This document shows, piece after piece, positions 19,311 to 26,402 of a stretch of DNA of 64,000 nt. Within the stretch, counting starts at the first letter, position 1; each line of letters opens with the position of its first letter. Made by a program: the position numbers and the translations under genes. This DNA comes from Spirochaetales bacterium (lineage in GTDB: Bacteria; Spirochaetota; Spirochaetia; Treponematales; UBA12059), in NCBI GenBank assembly GCA_016926955.1, contig JAFGNN010000080.1, positions 12,483-76,482 of the forward strand, read 5' to 3'. The notes below the pieces were generated by a model. That model searched no databases. It was given only the letters and a program-made list of their open reading frames with translations, and was not told the origin of the DNA.

Positions 19311-19648
19311 TTAATCGAATACGAAGATGGCTTCCTTCGCCTTGAGAGCGAAGCCTTCAAAGAGCAGCTTCTTGACCGCCGGGGTGAACCAAATACCGTG
19401 GTAGACGGTGTAACGGTTTGACTGCGTATCAAAGCCCCCCCGCGAGGCGGGCGTAAATACTCTTCCTGATCAAGCCTGCTCAGGACATAGATGGGCGACT
19501 CCAGCTTATGGCCGTCCCGGTTCGTGGCATGGTCTTCGGAGCTAATGATCCGCTTGCCATAGGAGACGCCGACCTCAAGGTCATAGGTCAATGCGATGAA
19601 GAACGAGTCGAGTCGGCGGGTGAGCCAGCAAGTTCCCACTTCTCCCAA
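19311..19648 (-). pseudogene. small hypothetical gene interrupted at a G7 tract
   Basis: TTG-start ORF (GEVGTCWLTRRLDSFFIALTYDLEVGVSYGKRII...) turns into Ser/Arg/Pro-rich junk after the G7 run (C7 on the + strand, 19435-19441). The frame reached by adding one G reads FDTQSNRYTVYHGIWFTPAVKKLLFEGFALKAKEAIFVFD* and ends at 19311. Confidence 0.45.
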
Positions 19649-19710
19649 AGTAGTCTCATCCTGTGGAACCTCGAATAATTGGATCCGGGAATGGTAGGAC
19701 AGAAACGGAC

Positions 19711-21180
19711 TCAGCGACAGGTTCGCGTCAGGACCTCATGAAGCCTCACCATTGCGAGCGTGTCGAGACCGCAGTAGTCCCTGAGTGCCTTGGCAAGCGA
19801 AGCCTTGCGATCCGGATCCTGCGTCGAAATCAGCTCGGCCCATGCGACCTGGGCATCCTCGCCGTTGCCGACCTCGAGTCCGTCGTAGCCGAGCTCCGGG
19901 CAGAGTACGGGCAGGACGTGCTTGATCGAGCTCGAGCCCTTGAAGGCGGGGTCGAAGTAGTGCTTACGGAAGATATCGAGAAGGTCGACGAACCTGGGCT
20001 GGAACAGGTTGAGGGGCATGGCGAACTCTGGGAGGAATGTAGCGAGTTTGCCGATCACGCTTTTCTCGAAGCTGGCGTTATAAGCGACGATGGAACCGGA
20101 TGATCCGATCTGAGCCAGCAAGGTACGGGCGATCGCGGGGCGGGGATCGCTCAGGTCCTGGTGAAGGAAGCCCGGCGTTTCCTCGAGTCGGCCGTCCTCG
20201 TGGAGGATGTGTAGCGAGAACTGGAACGGAATGCTGCCGAACGGTCCGAGCCCTTCAAGCCGGGGCAAGGCAGGTGCATCCGTCTCGAAGTCGAGGAAGT
20301 GGATCGGATACACCAGCCGCTTGAGCCAGGTGCGGATGCCGTCGACATCGATCTCCTTCGTCCCGGAACGATGGAGCCTCAAGAAGCGCTCACCTTGCGG
20401 TCCGAGCTCGGCGTCAGCCGGGACGTCCTCGAGTGCGAGGATGCCGCGTTCGATGAGGGCGTCGCGTTGTTCGGGATGCATGTGCGGAATGTCGAAAACC
20501 GACGGATCGGGCAGCATCCAGAGTCCGTCGCAGTAAGGACGGAACGGGCACTCGTAGGGCTTCGCGCAACGCGTCCCGAGGTGGACCGCGGGCTCTTGCG
20601 GATTGTCGAGTACAGCCTTCAACTCGGCGAGCTTGCCGGCGACCTCGGGCAGGTGTCGGCGAACGGGATCGGTGAGGTCGGCGAGGGAAAAGAGGTTCGA
20701 GAGGTCCGGGTAACGACAGCTCGTGTTGAGGTGCATGAGGACGGCCCTGCGGATCGGCAGTCCCGAACCTTCGTAGACGTAGGTCTGCACAGCGAGGTCG
20801 AGAATGTGTTCGGGCTTGGGGCCGGTGTTCGACTTCACCTCGTAGACGTCGAAGGATCCGTCGTCGTTCCGGGACAGCACGTCCGCGCGGGCGATGGTGT
20901 CGTCGTGGATGAAACAGGGCTCGAAAAGGACGCGAGCCCCGGCGGAAAGCGCCTCGGTCGTTTCGGTGAGGGCTGCACGCCATTTTAGCGGATCTTCGGA
21001 AATGAGGATGCCGCCAGGAAACCGTTCGCGCGCGAGGCGGCCGACCTCGTGGCCTTGCGAGAAAACACGGGCCCGGGCCGGGGATGGCGGCGGGAGCAGG
21101 TCACGACGATGCGTTTCGAGCCAAAGGCGCTTCGGGCATTGCCGTCCGACGAGGTACTTTGATTTTGAGAGTGTGGTCAT
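19711..21180 (-). CDS. DUF2779-type protein: N-terminal Cas4-like PD-(D/E)XK nuclease with 4 Cys, plus C-terminal DEDD-like exonuclease domain
   Basis: N-terminus LSKSKYLVGRQCPKRLWL. Nuclease motif D...FDVYEVKS. Cys triad CAKPYECPFRPYC. The C-terminal half has IHFLDFETD, AYNASFEKS and YCGLDTLAM acidic motifs. Confidence 0.75.
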   Translation of the reverse strand: MTTLSKSKYLVGRQCPKRLWLETHRRDLLPPPSPARARVFSQGHEVGRLARERFPGGILISEDPLKWRAALTETTEALSAGARVLFEPCFIHDDTIARADVLSRNDDGSFDVYEVKSNTGPKPEHILDLAVQTYVYEGSGLPIRRAVLMHLNTSCRYPDLSNLFSLADLTDPVRRHLPEVAGKLAELKAVLDNPQEPAVHLGTRCAKPYECPFRPYCDGLWMLPDPSVFDIPHMHPEQRDALIERGILALEDVPADAELGPQGERFLRLHRSGTKEIDVDGIRTWLKRLVYPIHFLDFETDAPALPRLEGLGPFGSIPFQFSLHILHEDGRLEETPGFLHQDLSDPRPAIARTLLAQIGSSGSIVAYNASFEKSVIGKLATFLPEFAMPLNLFQPRFVDLLDIFRKHYFDPAFKGSSSIKHVLPVLCPELGYDGLEVGNGEDAQVAWAELISTQDPDRKASLAKALRDYCGLDTLAMVRLHEVLTRTCR

Positions 21181-21255
21181 CCAGTATCTCCGCTGTGCGA
21201 TAGTTCACTTCGCACTGTTTCGGGTTGGCCTCCATTTTTTTCCGGCGGTGATCGG

Positions 21256-21885
21256 TCAGCGCCTGAAATCCTCGCGGTTCCTTCCGACCAGATCAGTGAA
21301 GTAGTCGGCAACCGCCGCGTACTTGCTCTTGTCCACCAGTCCGATCAGTTCTTCCCATTCGAGGACGATGAAAGGTTGTTTGGATTCTCGCGAATAACCT
21401 AAAAGCCGATGGTAATTGCTATCCGGATGGTTCGCCGCCTGCATCACTGCCGTGTGCTTCCGCCTGGTCAGGAGAAGTGCTTGGATGACGTTGATCTGAA
21501 ATTTATCCCTGAGTATCTTGATGCGCTCCGCATTGGCGGTGATATCCTTATCGAAGTTCCAGTCCGTGAGGAATTTTGCCTCGATGGCGATGACCGAGCG
21601 ATTCGCCAAGTCCTCGATCAGGATATCTGCCAATTCACCCTTATCGGATGAATTTTCCAGCAGATAGGAATGGTAGTCGAACGAGGCAAGCAGAGTACCG
21701 TCGAAGTTCTCAAGCTTGAACGTGCTGCCGGATTCTAGAAGCCTCCGGTTGAGCAGCAGGCGCAAAGCTTGCGTCCTGGATTGGTAGCCATCCACGAGCT
21801 CATTCAGGAAGAACCCGGCGAAGAACTTGTAGTAGAGATTCCGTTCTTTCTCCGATTCAAACAGCATCGTCTTATCGAAGATCAT
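21256..21885 (-). CDS. hypothetical protein with PD-(D/E)XK-like motif
   Basis: ELADILIEDLANRSVIAIEAKF fits a D-x(n)-E-x-K nuclease core. ATG 21885 follows a GAGGGGAG RBS. Visibly lower GC than neighbouring genes. Confidence 0.5.
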   Translation of the reverse strand: MIFDKTMLFESEKERNLYYKFFAGFFLNELVDGYQSRTQALRLLLNRRLLESGSTFKLENFDGTLLASFDYHSYLLENSSDKGELADILIEDLANRSVIAIEAKFLTDWNFDKDITANAERIKILRDKFQINVIQALLLTRRKHTAVMQAANHPDSNYHRLLGYSRESKQPFIVLEWEELIGLVDKSKYAAVADYFTDLVGRNREDFRR

Positions 21886-21936
21886 GGCAACTCCCCTCTT
21901 TGTATTGTCAGATCGAGTTTCAAGGAACGACACAAA

Positions 21937-22779
21937 TCATGTCTTGCGAATAAGCGCTACAAACCTGTCCCCCTGCTTCTCAAACCCGTCGACCGACTCC
22001 GCCGCCTTCTCGAGACCGGCAAGCACCTCGGCAAGGATCGATGGGAGCGGTGCGTAGCCGCCTTCGGACTTGGTTCGCTCGAGCGCGGCTTCGACGATGG
22101 GCGGGATGCCGACTTCGTCCCAATCGCCCGAAGGGAAGAAGACGAGGTCGCCGCGTTCGAGCGGCAGCTTGAACGCTTTCCAGCCTCCCTGCATTTCGAT
22201 CATCATGGAGGGCATCATGCCGAGTGGGGGACCTGAGACCAGCTTGAGCTTGCGGCAGGACTTCGTGTCTTCGCGGTAGAGGTATGCGTCTGGACCGCCG
22301 GCGGAGAGCCAGGCCGATTCCCCCGATTGGGATATGACGCCGAGGCCGAGCATGGCGAAGCGCCCGGGAAGACGGCGTTCGAGGAGCGCGTCGTTGTGTT
22401 CCTCGACGAAAGCCTTGAGCTCCCGCGCTCCGGCGTTGGGCTTGAAGCGCTCCGAAAATCGGGCGGCGAGATCCTGGGATTGGAAGGCCGGAACGAGTCC
22501 CCGTCCCGAACATTTGAAGAGCCCGATGGCTCCGCCCCGTTCCGGACCGGGCAGGACGAAGGAAGCCGAGGAAACTTGGTTGGGCAGGACGAGATGGATA
22601 CCCGCCTCGAAAGATCCGAAGGAAGACACCGCGTGCGCCTGCGTGCCGTCGCCCGACGGTTCGGCGCCGAGCAACCTGAGCTGCAAAGCCGCAAGCTGCT
22701 CCACGTGCTCGGGGCCGAAGAGATTCGGGCCGGATGCTGTCCCATTGACCGGTTCCACGGTGCCGTCTTCATCGTGCAT
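21937..22779 (-). CDS. SpoIIE/PP2C-like domain protein with degenerate catalytic motifs
   Basis: Four collinear blocks match the SpoIIE/RsbU pattern: GLFKCSGRGLVPAF (expected DVSGHGxxAA), LSAGGPDAYLY (expected nAGHpPpll), SGPPLGMM (expected g.pLG), and ERGDLVFFPSGDWDE (expected pGD.lllyTDG..E). ATG 22779 follows a GAGGAG RBS. Confidence 0.55.
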   Translation of the reverse strand: MHDEDGTVEPVNGTASGPNLFGPEHVEQLAALQLRLLGAEPSGDGTQAHAVSSFGSFEAGIHLVLPNQVSSASFVLPGPERGGAIGLFKCSGRGLVPAFQSQDLAARFSERFKPNAGARELKAFVEEHNDALLERRLPGRFAMLGLGVISQSGESAWLSAGGPDAYLYREDTKSCRKLKLVSGPPLGMMPSMMIEMQGGWKAFKLPLERGDLVFFPSGDWDEVGIPPIVEAALERTKSEGGYAPLPSILAEVLAGLEKAAESVDGFEKQGDRFVALIRKT

Positions 22780-22921
22780 GTGCGCTCCTCGATGGGATCT
22801 ATCATCTCCGCATCGTTTCCGCGTCGCCGGCGTCGGCGCGACTTCGGTCGGGGTCAAACGATAAGGCATGGTCGGGCTGATTTCCACGTGAAGCCCCGCG
22901 CGAATCCGCGAGCGGCGGTCC

Positions 22922-25255
22922 TTAAGCGCTGAAGCCGATCCTCCGCCCCGCCGGCGCGGCGCGGCAAGCGAGCTCCGCCTCGAGACGGCCGAGGACGAAG
23001 CCGTGCTCGAGCCTGGCGGAGCCTCCGCGGGCGGCTACGACGGGTACGAGGGCCTTGTGCACGGCCGCGAAATCGCCGGGACAGAGTCCTTCGAGCCGCG
23101 CGAGGCGCTCGGACGCGCCTGAGTCCGGCTCGCCGCAGAGCTCGGCGAAGTAGCTTCGGTAGAGCTGGAGTCGCTTCCCGGCGTCAGGCGGGGCGAAGGT
23201 GAGCTTCCACTGGAAACGCCGCATGGCAGCCGCGTCGAAGTCGTCGCGGCGGTTGGTACAGCAGACGAGGATGCCCGCGAAGCTCTCCATCCGGGTGAGG
23301 AGCTCGTTGGTCTGGCTCCGCTCCCAGCCGCGTTCCGCGCGTGCGCGGTCGAGGAAGAGGCTGTCGGCCTCGTCGAGGAGGAGCAGGGCGCCGGACGCTT
23401 CGGCTTCCTCGAAAGCGTCGGCGATGTTCCGCTCGGTGCCGCCCACGAACGGCGAGAGCAGGTCGGACGCGCGCTTCTGGACTAGCGGCAGCTCGAGCGC
23501 GTCGGCGAGCCAGCGTGCGTAGGCGGTCTTGCCCGTTCCCGGGCCGCCCGAGAAAAGGAGCTTGGCTTCGAGGACTTCCGGGGAGCCATCGCATGGGTTG
23601 AGCGGGAGGATCGTTCCCTCTGCGGCGCGCTTTCGTTCCTTGAGGGAGCGGGCGACGTGCTCGAGCCCCGCGCGCAGTTCCTCGAGGCTCGTGTCGACGT
23701 TGAGCGCGCCGGGCAGGTAGCGGGAGTCGCGCGCTTTCCGGAGGCTTTCGGGCGCGCGACGGAGCCCGGTCATGAGCGTCTCGTGCCGCCCCAGGATCTC
23801 CGAGAGTACCGCGAGCGGCTCTCCTTCGGCCAGAGGGTTGCCCGAATCGACGACGCTCCTCAAGGCCCGGAGCGCAGCGTCGATGCCGCCCGCACTCACC
23901 TCGAATTTCTTTGCCAGGGCCTGGACGGATTCCTCGGCGACGACCTTGGCGAGCCCGTAGCCGTCGAGGAGCTCGCGCCATACGCCTTCCCGCGCGCGTT
24001 CGTCCTGGCGCCGGAATTCGAGGCTGTAGACGAAGCGACGCTTGATGGCGTCGTGGACGCCGTCCACCTCGTTGGCGATCCAGACCGTCGCGGGAGAGCG
24101 GGCGTCGAGGAACTCCGCGAGCCAGGCCTTGGCCGCGGCAGCGCCCGGGCGGTCGAGGTCGGCGCCCGCGAGGAAGGATTCGCACTCGTCGACGACGAGG
24201 ACGCCGCCGGAGGCAGCCGCGACGTGGGCGGCCATCTTGAGCCTGAGAAAAGCCGGCTTGTTCTCCGCGTCGGCCCCGCCCGAGCCGAGGACGAAGGCCT
24301 TGAGCCCGGCTTCGCACAGGAGGTTGGCGACGAAGGTCGTCTTGCCCGTGCCGGGCGCGCCATGGACGAGGACGGCGCCGCCGCCGCTCCGCAGCACTGC
24401 CTCGACGATACGGCGCGAAGCCGCGGGCACAGAGAAACGCCCAAGGGGCGCGCGGCGCACGAGAGAATCGGCCATGAAGGTTTCGAGCGGCTTCGCCATC
24501 GTCTGGAGGGAACCTTCGCCCGCGAAGAACTCTCGGAGCTCCTCGGCGAGCACGTAATGGGGCGGGGGAAAGAAGTCCTGGATGACGAAGCCGGGCTTCA
24601 CGAGCTTTCCGTCCGGCGCGAGCATCTCTTTCAGCTCGCGGAGCGGAAGGCTTGAGCAGACGGACAGGACACGCTGGTAGTCCGAGAGCTTGAGGCTGTC
24701 GAGAAGCTCGCGGAAGGCGGGTTCGGACCCCGCGCACCAGATGAAGGTCAGCGTTTCGATTTCGCCTTCCGGAAGCGCGAAGACCGACGCGAGCTTCTCG
24801 CGGTGGGCGAGGAAAGGATCGCAGAGCTCGCGGCCAGCGTGGCTCGTGCGGAAGGCGGCGAGGGTTTCGCGCTCGATCAGGGCCGGGTCGATTCCGGGAC
24901 GCGTGGAACGCGCGCTATCCCGCGATCCGCGCTCCCAGTCAACCCAGGCCGAGACGACGAGGGGGCTGAGCTCCCCGGACCGGCCGGATTCCGCGAACGG
25001 ATTTTCATCGTCGTCCTTCGCGTCCGAACTCTCCGCCGCAGATGCGTTGCCGAGGAGGGCGTGATGGAGCGCGGCGCGCGAGGGCTCGTCAAGGGTGCGC
25101 TCCATCGCCCGGAAAAGCTCCTTCGAGAAGGGCAGGACGAGCCGCGCCCGGTCGAGGTAATACGCCACCAGGTCGAAGAGGGAGGAGCCGTTTTCGGCGG
25201 ACGGGAGGGGCGAACCCTCGCCGTCGGCGAGTATCCTGCGTGGCGCGCTCGACAT
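22922..25255 (-). CDS. large ATPase with two AAA+ modules
   Basis: Module 1: VLVHGAPGTGKTTF with VLVVDECESF. Module 2: LLFSGGPGTGKTAYA with LLLLDEADSLF and a TNRRDDFDAAAMRRF second-region-of-homology-like segment. ATG 25255 follows a GGAGG RBS. Confidence 0.8.
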   Translation of the reverse strand: MSSAPRRILADGEGSPLPSAENGSSLFDLVAYYLDRARLVLPFSKELFRAMERTLDEPSRAALHHALLGNASAAESSDAKDDDENPFAESGRSGELSPLVVSAWVDWERGSRDSARSTRPGIDPALIERETLAAFRTSHAGRELCDPFLAHREKLASVFALPEGEIETLTFIWCAGSEPAFRELLDSLKLSDYQRVLSVCSSLPLRELKEMLAPDGKLVKPGFVIQDFFPPPHYVLAEELREFFAGEGSLQTMAKPLETFMADSLVRRAPLGRFSVPAASRRIVEAVLRSGGGAVLVHGAPGTGKTTFVANLLCEAGLKAFVLGSGGADAENKPAFLRLKMAAHVAAASGGVLVVDECESFLAGADLDRPGAAAAKAWLAEFLDARSPATVWIANEVDGVHDAIKRRFVYSLEFRRQDERAREGVWRELLDGYGLAKVVAEESVQALAKKFEVSAGGIDAALRALRSVVDSGNPLAEGEPLAVLSEILGRHETLMTGLRRAPESLRKARDSRYLPGALNVDTSLEELRAGLEHVARSLKERKRAAEGTILPLNPCDGSPEVLEAKLLFSGGPGTGKTAYARWLADALELPLVQKRASDLLSPFVGGTERNIADAFEEAEASGALLLLDEADSLFLDRARAERGWERSQTNELLTRMESFAGILVCCTNRRDDFDAAAMRRFQWKLTFAPPDAGKRLQLYRSYFAELCGEPDSGASERLARLEGLCPGDFAAVHKALVPVVAARGGSARLEHGFVLGRLEAELACRAAPAGRRIGFSA

Positions 25256-25425
25256 GTCGGCCTCCTTGCGCGATGCTGTCGGCAAGGATATCGGGACAGG
25301 GTGACAGCGATTGACACCGCCGGCCGGTCTCCTGGAAATTCGCGGTGGCTTCCGGAGGTGACGGTTCCTGTCATCGTCGGACGCGATCATGAGGGAAGGA
25401 CCGCAGAAGCGATGGAGGAAGCGCG

Positions 25426-26346
25426 GTGAGCCTGAAGCTCGACAATCTCATCACCCTGTTCGATTACCTCTCGGAGCACCAGTGGCGGAGCGCGGAGCAG
25501 GTGGCGCGCAGGCTCGAGGTGGACCGCCGGACCGTGTTCCGGTACATGGACGAGGTCGAGCTCGCCTTCAGCCCGGTGCCCGTCATCGAGCGCGGGCGCG
25601 AAGGCTACCGCCTCTGCCGCAACGATTTCCTCGACGTGCTCCAGTCGCGCGAGGACTACGCAGGCGTCGCGGCCCTGGTCGCGTCACCCTTAGGAGAATT
25701 GGCGAGCGGCGGCAAGCCCTTGCCGGACCGGCTCCTCAGGCAGGCCCGGGAGCTCGTGGAGACGAGGGCGAGCCTCGAGCCGAAGCTGCTCCGCCAGCTC
25801 TTCGAGGCGATGCGCTCCGGCGTGTTCCTGGAGCTTTCCTACACGGCCAAGGACGAGCCCCGGCCGCACCGCGTCGTCCCGATCAAGTTCGCCTTGCGAT
25901 CCGGCATCCCTTACCTCGTTGCGTTCGACGAAGGCTACGGGCACCTCATCGTGCTCGCCGCGGACAAGATCGGCCGCGCCGCGAAGTCGCGGAAATTCCT
26001 CACCCCCGATGAGCTTTCGTCGCTGCGAACCTACGTCAACTCGGCCTGGGGCGTCATGGTGCGCCACAAGGAGCGCCTCGTGAGCGAGCTCTCGTTCGAG
26101 GCGAACCGATCGGCCGCGGCTTTCTTCGAAAAAGCCCCGCTCCACCCGAGCCAGCGCTGCGAGCGGGAAGGGGAGCGCTTCGTGTTCACCCTCAAGGTCC
26201 ACAGCGAAGGCGAGTTCTTCCGCCACATCCTGCGCTTCGGCCGGGGGGCGCGCGTCGTCGCTCCCGAAAGCGCCATCGCGGAAGCCCGCGCCTTCCTGGC
26301 CTCGATGGGCGAGTTCTATGGTTCCGCCGGCACGGTGGAAGCTTGA
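25426..26346 (+). CDS. WYL-domain transcriptional regulator (HTH-WYL-WCX architecture)
   Basis: N-terminal HTH (WRSAEQVARRLEVDRRTVFRYMDEV). Central WYL-like block (HRVVPIKFALRSGIPYLVAFDEGYGHLIVLAADKI). GTG start after a GGAGGA RBS. Divergent from the AAA+ operon. Confidence 0.8.
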   Translation: MSLKLDNLITLFDYLSEHQWRSAEQVARRLEVDRRTVFRYMDEVELAFSPVPVIERGREGYRLCRNDFLDVLQSREDYAGVAALVASPLGELASGGKPLPDRLLRQARELVETRASLEPKLLRQLFEAMRSGVFLELSYTAKDEPRPHRVVPIKFALRSGIPYLVAFDEGYGHLIVLAADKIGRAAKSRKFLTPDELSSLRTYVNSAWGVMVRHKERLVSELSFEANRSAAAFFEKAPLHPSQRCEREGERFVFTLKVHSEGEFFRHILRFGRGARVVAPESAIAEARAFLASMGEFYGSAGTVEA

Positions 26347-26402
26347 AAGGAAGCGGGGCGCGGCTTACCCTTTCACGAAGAACGGAACGATGAGGTAAGT
26401 AC

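Noticed and set aside
19646-19713. Possible stop-codon read-through from the DUF2779 gene into the small downstream ORF.
   Set aside because: A frame check shows that the DUF2779 stop (first base 19713) and the TTG start (19648) are 65 nt apart, which is not a multiple of three. The ORFs are therefore not in the same frame.
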